A DNA stretch of 64,000 nucleotides, taken from positions 1 to 64,000 of the IMG/VR virus record IMGVR_UViG_3300044712_001937. One strand, 5' to 3'. The translations under genes were made by a program, and so were the position numbers. The notes below the pieces were generated by a model, which saw only the letters and a list, made by a program, of their open reading frames with translations, was not told the DNA's origin and searched no databases. Positions 17,979-27,980 of the stretch are shown here, in pieces. How positions within the stretch are numbered: position 1 is the first letter of the stretch; every line of letters begins with the position of its first letter.

Positions 17979-19370
17979 TTAACAAATAATTTTGCTACCA
18001 TCTGAAACCACAGTAAATGATAATGTTTGCTTATTTTCATAATAATTACCATTTTTCATTCTAATTTGCAAAAAATAATCTTGTGGAATTAACCATGATG
18101 TATCTAAATCAAATTCATAACCTTTATTAGTTCTATTTACAGATGTAAATGGTATTACATCAATTTGGTATTTTTTACCCACAGTAGTGAATAATCGATA
18201 TTCAAGTTCTAAAGGTAAAAAATTATTTTGATTCGCATATAATTCTTTTATTGTTAATTTAATCTTTTTTATAACACCAGCTCGTATATTTTCTTTTTCT
18301 CCAATACCCCAAAAATAAAAGAAATAATTATCAAAATTAATTATATTAGATTGATTAAAAGAATAATATTTATCTGGTGATATTAAATAAAATTCACCTT
18401 CATGTTCAACAGACCTACCATTAACTGTTATATACCAAACATCTTTAAATATTACAGCATCTGGATAATCATCTGAACTTATATTTAACATTATTTTATA
18501 TATACCCTTACTTACATTAATAATAGAATTACCACTTAATGTATCGATAAGATTATCATTATTATCATATATTTCAACTTTATTAACTAATATATTTTGT
18601 GGAAAATTACCTATATTTGAATATAAATATAAATAATTATCTTTATTCTGATAAAAATAATTTCTATCATCAATTATAGTATCATTTATTATAGTTTCAA
18701 TATATGGTTCATAAAAAGTATGTGTATGTCTACCATGAAATGCAACTGCTTGTCTAAATTCAGTTTCAATATCTTCATAAATATCAGCAAATTTAATACC
18801 TAAACCATATGAATATCCAGTAACACCACTTAATCTTTGATTAATATAATCAGTTACATCAATTTCAATATCTTCATTTCCTTTTGAAAATAATTGAGAA
18901 CCTAAAATCTCAGTACTTCCTGTTAAATAAGCTCCTTCATTAGTCCAATTAATACCTGTTTTTCTTTCAATCCAATTAGCTGCCTGATTAATTGCATTAT
19001 ATAATGGGTCAACATAATTAAATTCATAACCACCACCTTCATCCCAATCTTCAGAAACATTAAATAAATCTAATTGAAAACTTGTTGCTCTATTGATATT
19101 TGTAGTATATGATTTTTTTCCTATATATTGAGGTGCATATGCTATAGTATTAGTCATATGAAGTACATGCTTAACAATTCCATTTGGATTTATTAAACCA
19201 TTTGCAATTTTAGCACGTAAATTATCTAAATTAACGTCAAAAATATATCTACTCACTAACTTATCAAATGTACCATATGATATTTCAGTAACAGGATTTT
19301 GTGAATTGTTGGATAAACTACCTTCAATTAAAGTTGTATTTTTTTCGAAATAAGTTCTAAATATTGACAT
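17979..19370 (-). CDS. Putative virion structural protein (beta-rich)
   Basis: 463 aa; aromatic/beta-rich; preceded by the GTATTTAT motif. Confidence 0.45.
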   Translation of the reverse strand: MSIFRTYFEKNTTLIEGSLSNNSQNPVTEISYGTFDKLVSRYIFDVNLDNLRAKIANGLINPNGIVKHVLHMTNTIAYAPQYIGKKSYTTNINRATSFQLDLFNVSEDWDEGGGYEFNYVDPLYNAINQAANWIERKTGINWTNEGAYLTGSTEILGSQLFSKGNEDIEIDVTDYINQRLSGVTGYSYGLGIKFADIYEDIETEFRQAVAFHGRHTHTFYEPYIETIINDTIIDDRNYFYQNKDNYLYLYSNIGNFPQNILVNKVEIYDNNDNLIDTLSGNSIINVSKGIYKIMLNISSDDYPDAVIFKDVWYITVNGRSVEHEGEFYLISPDKYYSFNQSNIINFDNYFFYFWGIGEKENIRAGVIKKIKLTIKELYANQNNFLPLELEYRLFTTVGKKYQIDVIPFTSVNRTNKGYEFDLDTSWLIPQDYFLQIRMKNGNYYENKQTLSFTVVSDGSKIIC

Positions 19371-19386
19371 TTTTATATTCTCTATT

Positions 19387-19400
19387 GTATTTATAAATAC
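19387..19400. promoter_or_regulatory. Putative phage late-promoter motif, palindromic copy GTATTTATAAATAC
   Basis: Perfect 14-bp palindrome made of the GTATTTAT motif that recurs upstream of many genes. Confidence 0.5.
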
Positions 19401-19485
19401 TAAATAATTTATAATTATGAGTTACGATACCAATAAATTTATTTTAAAAGCAAATATTAAACATAATCAAAAATATGATGAAAAC

Positions 19486-19515
19486 AAAAAAGACTACCAA
19501 ACGATAGTCTTTTAA
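19486..19515. terminator. Intrinsic terminator
   Basis: AAAAGACTA-ccaaacga-TAGTCTTTT. Confidence 0.7.
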
Positions 19516-19534
19516 TTATATATTTTATTTATTT

Positions 19535-20974
19535 TTATACTCCTTTAAATTGTACCCAAACTTGGAAAAAATCTTCTTTTTCTTCAGGAGTTAAACTATC
19601 CCAATCTTTCCCTTTATAATATAAATATTTTTTATACGCTTCTTGACTATCAAAATCTTTTTCACCTTGGAAGTCATAAAATTCTTCTTCAATATTATCT
19701 CCAACATTCATTGGTCTGAACCCCATTCTACTAAAATCAGGGTCTACTGATAATGTTCCATCAAGCATTGCTTGATATTGTTCTGGAGTTAAAAATTCTT
19801 TTGGAGATGCTGGTTTATTTTCTTCCATATATTCTGGATATTCTGAACTCCTTGTATTAACATTCACATTCTGAGTTTGAGTTGGTTTCATTCTTTGAAT
19901 TTCAACATGAACTTGATTGGTGGTTGGAGCTGGTATACCCTTTTTAATTAAATTATCGTATGCCTGTAATATTAAATCTCGTTTTTCTTTTGGAATATCA
20001 AAATCTGGAGTGATATCTATTTGAGGTTTATTTACAATAGGTTGTGTTTCTTGCTTAAATCTATTAATCTCTTGATTAACTATATTATTAATATCACTAC
20101 TATTTTCATTCATTTGAGATAAATCATAATCTAATCCAATATAACCAACATAAGGATTCCATGACATTATATAACCATCTTTTTCATAAGTTAAATCTTT
20201 ACTACCATGACCTAATTCTGAACTACCCATATGTTGTCCGGGCATATGCCAATTTTTTAAATATTCCATCGCAGCATCTTTACCTTGATTATTTAATATT
20301 TCAAATGGTTTATTAGCTTCTTCACCTTGCATAAATACAATATTTTCATATCTATCTTGGTCTGTAGACTCATCAACATATTTATTTAATTCAGGTGCAT
20401 TTACTCTTAAATCAGGGTTAGTTGGTTTCATATCTGCATACGACTTACCTGTTTGAAATTGTGTAGAACCACCACCATAAGGAAATGAATCTATTTTTTT
20501 TGCAATATTTAAAAATTCTTCATCCATTGGACGTTCTTCTTGAACATCGATATAATCTTGAATCACATTATAAAAAGAATCTTTAAATTGATTATTAAAA
20601 TCAGTTAAATTATTCTTCTCAATTTGAATATTACTTGACCCATCCTTACCTTGAAATGTGAATTTATTTAAAGAAATATTTCCAACATTGCTTACTCCTT
20701 CTTGGTCACCCATTTCAGATTCAACCTCAAATGTAAAAGTTATCTTATTCCCTTGATTATCTCTACATTCTAAATCAACATTAGTTAAATTTCCATTTAC
20801 TCTTGTGTTTGAACGTTCAACTCTAATTTCACCATTAGACAATGCATTATATTCTGATTGAAGTACATTAATAACACTAAATTGGTCAAAAACTTCATTT
20901 AATTTAACTTTATTTACACCTTGAAACATTTCAAGAAATCTTTCTTTACTACCTATTTTGTTATATATTTTCAT
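19535..20974 (-). CDS. Acidic protein with shared N-terminal ...VNxxxLNE motif (putative head-packaged protein)
   Basis: N-terminus KERFLEMFQGVNKVKLNE aligns with the two adjacent genes. Confidence 0.5.
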   Translation of the reverse strand: MKIYNKIGSKERFLEMFQGVNKVKLNEVFDQFSVINVLQSEYNALSNGEIRVERSNTRVNGNLTNVDLECRDNQGNKITFTFEVESEMGDQEGVSNVGNISLNKFTFQGKDGSSNIQIEKNNLTDFNNQFKDSFYNVIQDYIDVQEERPMDEEFLNIAKKIDSFPYGGGSTQFQTGKSYADMKPTNPDLRVNAPELNKYVDESTDQDRYENIVFMQGEEANKPFEILNNQGKDAAMEYLKNWHMPGQHMGSSELGHGSKDLTYEKDGYIMSWNPYVGYIGLDYDLSQMNENSSDINNIVNQEINRFKQETQPIVNKPQIDITPDFDIPKEKRDLILQAYDNLIKKGIPAPTTNQVHVEIQRMKPTQTQNVNVNTRSSEYPEYMEENKPASPKEFLTPEQYQAMLDGTLSVDPDFSRMGFRPMNVGDNIEEEFYDFQGEKDFDSQEAYKKYLYYKGKDWDSLTPEEKEDFFQVWVQFKGV

Positions 20975-21441
20975 GTGAATATAATTTCATATATTTTAGG
21001 ATTTATTTTTCCAAAATTTCGCATTAAAATTCCAGCTTTAGCATTCGCCTCATTTTCAATTTCACTACCTGTTTTCCCATCTTCAGCACTTTTAATTCTA
21101 CCTTCTAAATTTTGTTTATGATGAACTAATTCATGTGCTAAACTTCTTAAACAATCAGCTAAATTTCTTTTAATTAATACAATTCTAATTTTATTATCAT
21201 TAAACATATAACCACCAAAAGACCTATTTTCAGAAGCTTCATTTTCATCATACGAATATTCAAATTCAGGTAATTCACCATTTAATCCTAATTCCGAATC
21301 AACAAAATGAATGAAATCGTTAATAATACCTTCACCTTCAGAATTAGTAGAATTGTTAAATTCAACATTTTCATTAAGTTTAAGACCATTTACTTTATTA
21401 AAAACTTCAAATAATCTGTCTTTAGTATTATTTTTCATCAT
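20971..21441 (-). CDS. Zincin-like metallopeptidase with shared N-terminal motif
   Basis: LAHELVH (HExxH) and downstream ENEAN; N-terminus KDRLFEVFNKVNGLKLNE. Confidence 0.65.
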   Translation of the reverse strand: MMKNNTKDRLFEVFNKVNGLKLNENVEFNNSTNSEGEGIINDFIHFVDSELGLNGELPEFEYSYDENEASENRSFGGYMFNDNKIRIVLIKRNLADCLRSLAHELVHHKQNLEGRIKSAEDGKTGSEIENEANAKAGILMRNFGKINPKIYEIIFT

Positions 21442-21442
21442 A

Positions 21443-21676
21443 TTATTGAACTTTTAATACTGGAAATTTTTCTTCTAATGTTGCAGCAATAATTTTAGAT
21501 GCAATCTCATGTCTATAAAATCTTAAATCGAACAATAAATCATCAATCATACTTCTTAATTCTTCATTAGAATAATTATCATTATGGTCGGTATAAGGTA
21601 ACGCATTTTCATTTAAGTTAATTTTATTAACTTTTCTAAAATTTTCAATTAATTTTTCTTTATTAGATTTCATCAT
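21443..21676 (-). CDS. Small protein with shared N-terminal motif
   Basis: KEKLIENFRKVNKINLNE. Confidence 0.55.
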   Translation of the reverse strand: MMKSNKEKLIENFRKVNKINLNENALPYTDHNDNYSNEELRSMIDDLLFDLRFYRHEIASKIIAATLEEKFPVLKVQ

Positions 21677-22391
21677 TAAAACTATTTTGTATGTCTAATT
21701 TAGATTTTTGAGGTAAATCATCGAAATCGGCAATATAACTACCATCAGGTAATTCTCTAATTCCTTTTTCATTTGAACTAACACGATTTTTTTCAAACCA
21801 ATTATCACTCCACATATCATTTAAATTAAAATAATATGGATACGATACTTGCTTTTTATTTAAAAGCTTTTCAGTATCACTTGGTTCACGAACTTCTTCA
21901 ACTTCAGCATTTAATGACTTCAATTGTGAATTTAAACCTTGAACAACATTATTCAAATTTTCTAATTCACTATGAATACTTTTCATTGCTTCAATATTAT
22001 GCTTAATTATCTCATTTTGAATCTCATCAACTGGAGGATTTACATTCATTCCCGGCATTCCACCTGTAGTTGGAGTCATATTAGGAGAACTCATATCACC
22101 ACCATTAACTGGAGGTGGAGGTGGTACTGTATTTCCACCATCTGCTGGAGGTGCAGGTGCATTTGTACCTACATTTGTATTTGCAGGAATTTCAGGAGTC
22201 TCTGGAGTTTCAGGTTTTTCTACTGCTGGTAATTCTTCTTCACCTTGTTCATTTGTTAAAGTTGGAACTTGGTCAAAATTCTCATTATTACCAACTAAAG
22301 GTCGATATTTAGGAGATTCACTAATTTTATAATCGGTAAAATATTTTATTCTTCTTAAATGTTCATTTAAGTTATTATCGTTTTTTTCCAT
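21663..22391 (-). CDS. Hypothetical protein with Pro-rich linker and coiled coil (scaffold-like)
   Basis: 242 aa; LNEHLRRIK N-terminus, PPPPP tract, heptad-like segment. Confidence 0.5.
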   Translation of the reverse strand: MEKNDNNLNEHLRRIKYFTDYKISESPKYRPLVGNNENFDQVPTLTNEQGEEELPAVEKPETPETPEIPANTNVGTNAPAPPADGGNTVPPPPPVNGGDMSSPNMTPTTGGMPGMNVNPPVDEIQNEIIKHNIEAMKSIHSELENLNNVVQGLNSQLKSLNAEVEEVREPSDTEKLLNKKQVSYPYYFNLNDMWSDNWFEKNRVSSNEKGIRELPDGSYIADFDDLPQKSKLDIQNSFNDEI

Positions 22392-22415
22392 AGTATAGTT
22401 TTTGACAAAATAATA

Positions 22416-22592
22416 TTAATATTGTTCACGAAGCAATTGACGACCATCTTCTGTAAGATAGATTTTATCAACTCTTTCAATAAGACCTTCACGTTTATCT
22501 AAAATAACTTTTTTAACATTTTCATTATTTAGATTTTCAGTTTGGTCAGTATCAATAAAATTTTCTACTGCATTTTTAACTTTATTTTCCAT
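22416..22592 (-). CDS. Small hypothetical protein (58 aa, MENKVKNAVENF...REQY)
   Basis: Translated by hand; below the ORF-track cut-off; preceded by GTATTTAT at 22621-22614. Confidence 0.6.
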   Translation of the reverse strand: MENKVKNAVENFIDTDQTENLNNENVKKVILDKREGLIERVDKIYLTEDGRQLLREQY

Positions 22593-22631
22593 AGTATATA
22601 TAATTTATTTACTATAAATACTATGACATTT

Positions 22632-23267
22632 TCATTTTGCCAAAAGAACGATTATATATCTTTTAAGATTAATATAATTTGGAAGTGTTTTATAATATGA
22701 TTGATAGATATCACCATTTAAATCATTAAACGAAGTAGTAGTTCTTTCAGAAATTCTTAAAAGAATTTCATCTATATTAAACTTAAAATATCTATATAAA
22801 ACTAAATTAATGCCAACTATTTTATTACCATTTAAAATATATAAAATATCGTTTTTTAAATTATAGCTGGCATCAATTTTTTTAGGTAAAACATACATTA
22901 ATTCATCTAAATCTTTAATTTGAAAAAATATTGGGTCTAAATCGATATATGTATATTTTGGTGAAAAATAGTAATTAGGAATTAAATTAATAAAATCTTC
23001 AACTCCATTAATATGACAAGCTTTATGTTCATCAAAGCTATATTCCCAATATAATTCATTAGATATTATACAATTATTAAGAATATTTGCATTTTGGATT
23101 AATAAATTTTCAGGATTACATGATTTCATAAAAATCCAGCCAACATATAATGTAGGTAAGCTTTTATCAAGCTTATCATATTCAATAACTTCATTATAAT
23201 AATTAATATAATCAACTTTAGTGTGATTAACTAACTCTTTTTCATAGATAATATTGGCTATTTTCAT
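22632..23267 (-). CDS. Hypothetical protein
   Basis: 211 aa ORF. Confidence 0.55.
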   Translation of the reverse strand: MKIANIIYEKELVNHTKVDYINYYNEVIEYDKLDKSLPTLYVGWIFMKSCNPENLLIQNANILNNCIISNELYWEYSFDEHKACHINGVEDFINLIPNYYFSPKYTYIDLDPIFFQIKDLDELMYVLPKKIDASYNLKNDILYILNGNKIVGINLVLYRYFKFNIDEILLRISERTTTSFNDLNGDIYQSYYKTLPNYINLKRYIIVLLAK

Positions 23268-23290
23268 GATAAAATGAATTTATTACAAAT

Positions 23291-24532
23291 TTACTTAATA
23301 TTTTTCGGATTATAAACTATTTTATATAAATTATATAAACACATAAAATCTAACCCATTAAAACTTTCAAGTTTATTATTATCAAATTTACTATATTCAG
23401 GATTATAAAGATATGAATCAACTGACCATATATAATGAATCGGTGTATTGTCAAATTTCCATAATGAACCATCTTTAGGTATTGAAGATAATATTCTTTC
23501 TAATTTTTCCTTATTAAATTCTTCAATATTAGAATCATGTAATATTTTATGTATTAAAACAAAATGAGGATACCAATCTTTACGTTCAAAATCTTTAATT
23601 AAATGTTTGATATATTTTTTATTCCACCAAATATCACCGATACAACCTAATGAACGATATGAATATTCTTTTAAAGGTAATTTCCAAATATTTCTGGTCA
23701 TATTATATAAAAATTCAGCACCAAAAACACCAATTTTATAAAGAGGTTTATTCCACCAATGTAACATTTTACGATATTTATTATCATATTCAGTAATTAA
23801 ATCACCTGCTTTTGCAAATCCATATGCAAATAATCTTATATCAGCACCTCTTGGAACTTTTTTACCAGTAACAGGATTTTTAATTACTTGATTACAAGTT
23901 TTTAAAGAATATTTTAAAAATCTATCAATAATATTATGCATCATAGCAAGAATTTCCTCATCATTAATTAGTTTATTAATAACAGAAAATCCTAAAAATA
24001 AATGCCAAAACTGGTCTTGAGACATGACATTTCTTTCTATAGCACGATTTAATCCATTAATATCATTATAAGAATCTTTGTCATCAATTAAATATGTAAT
24101 AGGTCTATTAATTGTAACTTTTCCATTAAAAGTTTCAGGTTCTAATTGATTCTTACAATATTCGTAAAAAATCGAACCTCTTAAATCATCACGCATAAAA
24201 AACCCATTTAAATATAAAGGTTGTTTGCTATCAAATTCTCTTTTAGATAATAAATCTAATCTATTTAATGATAATAAAGCATTTTTTAATTGTTTTAATG
24301 TTTCCGGATTTTTATTTAAATAATAATCTGTAGATAAAAATATTAAATAATAACTAATTTCAATAGTTGTATCACCATAATTAATTCCTTCACCACCCCA
24401 AACATAACGTCCACTTGCAGGTAAATTAGTTCCTCTTATTGTAACATCATCGCTTAATGTAATAAAATGTTTAAAAAATCTTTCTTTATATGAAAGATAA
24501 GCCTGTTCTAATTCTGGTAAATTTATAGTCAT
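23291..24532 (-). CDS. Hypothetical protein, possibly an alpha-helical enzyme
   Basis: 413 aa ORF; GFFMRDD and MSQDQ motifs; function not recognised. Confidence 0.5.
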   Translation of the reverse strand: MTINLPELEQAYLSYKERFFKHFITLSDDVTIRGTNLPASGRYVWGGEGINYGDTTIEISYYLIFLSTDYYLNKNPETLKQLKNALLSLNRLDLLSKREFDSKQPLYLNGFFMRDDLRGSIFYEYCKNQLEPETFNGKVTINRPITYLIDDKDSYNDINGLNRAIERNVMSQDQFWHLFLGFSVINKLINDEEILAMMHNIIDRFLKYSLKTCNQVIKNPVTGKKVPRGADIRLFAYGFAKAGDLITEYDNKYRKMLHWWNKPLYKIGVFGAEFLYNMTRNIWKLPLKEYSYRSLGCIGDIWWNKKYIKHLIKDFERKDWYPHFVLIHKILHDSNIEEFNKEKLERILSSIPKDGSLWKFDNTPIHYIWSVDSYLYNPEYSKFDNNKLESFNGLDFMCLYNLYKIVYNPKNIK

Positions 24533-24560
24533 ATTTATTATTTTACTAATAAATACAGAA

Positions 24561-25244
24561 TTAATATATTCTTTGAATAGGTGTAAATATTTTTTCTTTT
24601 CTCTTTACATTATGTGATGAATAATCTTTAAATTCATTTTGTGCATAATAATCAACTGAATATTCTTGAGAATAATCAGTAATTTTAATATTATTTTCAA
24701 TAAAATAAAATGAAAATGCTATTTGAAAATTACGATTATTATGCACTAAATCAGGATGTTTTTTTGCATAATTATCAAACCAATTATTATATTTCACATT
24801 TTTTATTAAATCTTTAATTGTATTATATGATATCAAGCCATTTGAAATTACTGCATGTGAACCACCTTTTGAACACAGATAACTTCCTTCTTCATATAAT
24901 TCAATTAATTTTAAATCAAAATCATCTATATTTGGAATATAATCATCTTCTATAAAAATATAGTAATCAAAATTACCATAAGTTAGTTCAACAGCTTTTA
25001 ACCATTGACCATAAGATTGATATTTATTCTCACAATCAATTATCTTAACTTTATCATTTAATTCAATATTATAATAAGTATTAACATTATTATTATGTGG
25101 TTTCATTATTGTTATCTGGTCAATACTATTTTTAATTTTATTTAAATGATTTAAATGATTTTTCAACACATTTAAATAATATGCAGCATTATCAGGTTTC
25201 ACTCTAATACCATTCCAACTTGCAATAACATAATTAATTTTCAT
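24561..25244 (-). CDS. GT-A-like glycosyltransferase
   Basis: YIFIEDDY DxD-type motif; close paralog of 32839..33543. Confidence 0.55.
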   Translation of the reverse strand: MKINYVIASWNGIRVKPDNAAYYLNVLKNHLNHLNKIKNSIDQITIMKPHNNNVNTYYNIELNDKVKIIDCENKYQSYGQWLKAVELTYGNFDYYIFIEDDYIPNIDDFDLKLIELYEEGSYLCSKGGSHAVISNGLISYNTIKDLIKNVKYNNWFDNYAKKHPDLVHNNRNFQIAFSFYFIENNIKITDYSQEYSVDYYAQNEFKDYSSHNVKRKEKIFTPIQRIY

Positions 25245-25926
25245 TATTCTTACTTACTCTATAGATTGAATGTAATATATTAGCATCAAATGTATCAATT
25301 AAATCAATATTTACATTTAATTTAGTCTTCAATTTTTCTACTTGCTGTGTTGTGTTGAAGGTTACTTTATAATTATCAAAAAAATCATAAGCATTTCCAT
25401 TGGATAATTTATATTCGTTACCATGAATCATCGAAAATACCACATAACCACCTCTTTTAACAATAGGCATAATTTTTATTAAAATTTCTTCAGTTGCTTC
25501 AATTGTAGTATGAGTAAACACACTTAATAATAACACAACATCAGAAGTTTCAATCGCTTTTTTTTCTAATTCACTATCAGTAAATCCTAATTCAATTCTA
25601 TCATCATTTCCAAATAATTCGATAGCTTTATTTATGCAAGATTCGGTATATGTACTTTTAGATTTTTCAATTCCAATGTAATGGAAATTTTTTAATCGTT
25701 TACTTAAAAAATTACTTACTCTGGCTGACCCACAACCTAAATCCATTATCTTCATACCTTCTTTATATTTTTCACCCATTGCATTTATAAACGATGCAAT
25801 ACATAGAGAAGCTCTTGGCTCATCATCAGTACCTACGATAATACCTTTTTTTTCATAATTTTCAACAATAGGCGTATATTTTTCAATTCGCCATTTATTT
25901 AACCACAATTCATCATTAAAATTCAT
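25234..25926 (-). CDS. Class I SAM-dependent methyltransferase
   Basis: IMDLGCGSAR motif I; LSVFTH. Confidence 0.8.
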   Translation of the reverse strand: MNFNDELWLNKWRIEKYTPIVENYEKKGIIVGTDDEPRASLCIASFINAMGEKYKEGMKIMDLGCGSARVSNFLSKRLKNFHYIGIEKSKSTYTESCINKAIELFGNDDRIELGFTDSELEKKAIETSDVVLLLSVFTHTTIEATEEILIKIMPIVKRGGYVVFSMIHGNEYKLSNGNAYDFFDNYKVTFNTTQQVEKLKTKLNVNIDLIDTFDANILHSIYRVSKNNEN

Positions 25927-25937
25927 AATATTGTTAT

Positions 25938-26750
25938 TTATTTTTTAATTATTTTTTTTACCAACTCTAAATATTCATCTAAATCAAAATTATCCATACA
26001 TCTATTAGGACATTCACACACTGGAATATGTAATAAACACCTTCCATGACATTTAACTTTACTTTCTACATAATGAGTGTTAATATACTTATTATTTGAA
26101 CTTCCATTATTTCTAAAAAATATGACTTGAGGAATATTTAACGCTGCAGCACAATGAAACAATCCATTATCAATGCCAATAAATAAATCGCACGAATTTA
26201 AAATAGATAATGCTTCTCTAAGTGTAGTTTTATTTATAAATGACATATCAAATTCATTTTGATATTCTTCACCCATTCCAATACCTATTAATTTACAACC
26301 TTCTTCTTTCAATTTTTTAAAAAAAGGTGAAATATATCCATATCTTAAATTTTTACTATCATAGTAAGTTTCAGTGGATATTGCAATCTTTATTGACCCA
26401 TCAAAATCACTTAATAAATTTTTGCCAAATTTAATTTCATCCGAAGTAAGGTATATTTTTGGTAAAGTTTCTTTAGATAATTCAATATTCAATTGTTCAC
26501 CATAAAATTGAATAATATTACATTCAGTACATCTACATGGTGATATATTTATATTTGGATACGGAATTACCAAAATATTCTTTACATGAGGATTATTATA
26601 AAATAACTCAGGTACTGCAGTACAAACTGTGATATTATTATCTTCACTAAGTTTTTCAATAATAGGTGTTAAACCCAATGTATCTCCTATGGATGAACAT
26701 AATCTATCAGGAGATGAAAACGCAATACCTATAGAAACCTCTTTTTTCAT
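25938..26750 (-). CDS. GT9 (heptosyltransferase-like) glycosyltransferase
   Basis: SIGDTL, LREALSIL, DLFIGIDNGLFHCAAAL. Confidence 0.8.
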   Translation of the reverse strand: MKKEVSIGIAFSSPDRLCSSIGDTLGLTPIIEKLSEDNNITVCTAVPELFYNNPHVKNILVIPYPNINISPCRCTECNIIQFYGEQLNIELSKETLPKIYLTSDEIKFGKNLLSDFDGSIKIAISTETYYDSKNLRYGYISPFFKKLKEEGCKLIGIGMGEEYQNEFDMSFINKTTLREALSILNSCDLFIGIDNGLFHCAAALNIPQVIFFRNNGSSNNKYINTHYVESKVKCHGRCLLHIPVCECPNRCMDNFDLDEYLELVKKIIKK

Positions 26751-26753
26751 ACA

Positions 26754-27980
26754 TCAAATATTGAAATATAATACTCTATTATCTAAAAATTTGAAAGGAA
26801 TATCGTTTTGAATTAAATATTCATATGACCTAAAATGTTTTACATGCATTACGTCATCTAATAAAATGTGTTTATTTTTTAAAAATTCTTTATTTAATTT
26901 CATTACTTCTAAAAATTCTAAATATCCAACACCACCAGCAGAATCTAAAAAAATAATTTGTTTTTTATCATTATTAATTAAATCAAATAATATATTTTCC
27001 AATCCATTTACAAGATTTAATTCTTTATCATAAAAATTAATAGGGTCATTATGGTCTGTGAGAATTTGACATTCATTTAAATATTCTTTATTAGTTAAAA
27101 ACGAATCTTTTTTAATAAAATCAATCATATTCTCCCTATTTAAACTAAGTGCATTAATAACTTCAACATTTTTATATTGAGCTAAATTTACTTTAGCTGT
27201 ATTATAATTATCAATGTTACACTCAATAGTTTTTACAGGTAAGTTTGTTTCAGCAAAAGTTTTAGTTGAGCCAACACCAGTAAAAGTACCAGTTTCAATA
27301 ATTTCCTCAATATTATTATTTTTAATGATATTATTAATTAAATTAATGAAAGTTTGATTACTTGGATTACTGTTATAATATGTTATTTTTCTTGGAATTA
27401 CCATCACGCAACCGCTAACTTCATAATTCTTAATTATATTATGTGTTTTATAAAAATTTTTATAAATAAAATTAATATTATCGTGACCTAAATTTTCTCT
27501 TTCATTCCAATTTCCAGCACCATAATTTCCATCTTCATAAATTCTTAAATCATCACATATAATAATATCATTTTTAACGTTTTTTAACTTACAAATTAAA
27601 TCAATCTCATCTTCCAATGGAATTCTAATTTTTTTATCCTTTTCATATGATAATGGTAGACCTAATTCTGAACCCGGAAAATGTGCATCTAACCAAAATA
27701 CTGTTGGTATGTCTTTAATTGAAGGTAATAAATTAGTTAAAAAATCTGTGCTGCTTTGATTATTTAAATGTAAATTTTTTAGATGTCCAACATTTTTTAC
27801 AGCAATATTATACTGTTCTTTATTAATTTCACATGAATAATAATTTTCAAATTCAAATCTCATATAATCTAAAAATTGTAATCCATGTGCAGTACCAGTT
27901 TCTACAAAATTTTTAATTCCAAATTCATTTTTTAATTTAAAACCATCAATATAATCATAAAATTTTCCCATAATTACCAA
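26754..27980 (-). CDS. Tandem two-domain methyltransferase-like protein (ATG at 27971 is the likelier start)
   Basis: FVETGT...FWLDAH...CDDLR, then IIETGT...FLDSAG...LDDV. Confidence 0.6.
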   Translation of the reverse strand: MVIMGKFYDYIDGFKLKNEFGIKNFVETGTAHGLQFLDYMRFEFENYYSCEINKEQYNIAVKNVGHLKNLHLNNQSSTDFLTNLLPSIKDIPTVFWLDAHFPGSELGLPLSYEKDKKIRIPLEDEIDLICKLKNVKNDIIICDDLRIYEDGNYGAGNWNERENLGHDNINFIYKNFYKTHNIIKNYEVSGCVMVIPRKITYYNSNPSNQTFINLINNIIKNNNIEEIIETGTFTGVGSTKTFAETNLPVKTIECNIDNYNTAKVNLAQYKNVEVINALSLNRENMIDFIKKDSFLTNKEYLNECQILTDHNDPINFYDKELNLVNGLENILFDLINNDKKQIIFLDSAGGVGYLEFLEVMKLNKEFLKNKHILLDDVMHVKHFRSYEYLIQNDIPFKFLDNRVLYFNI

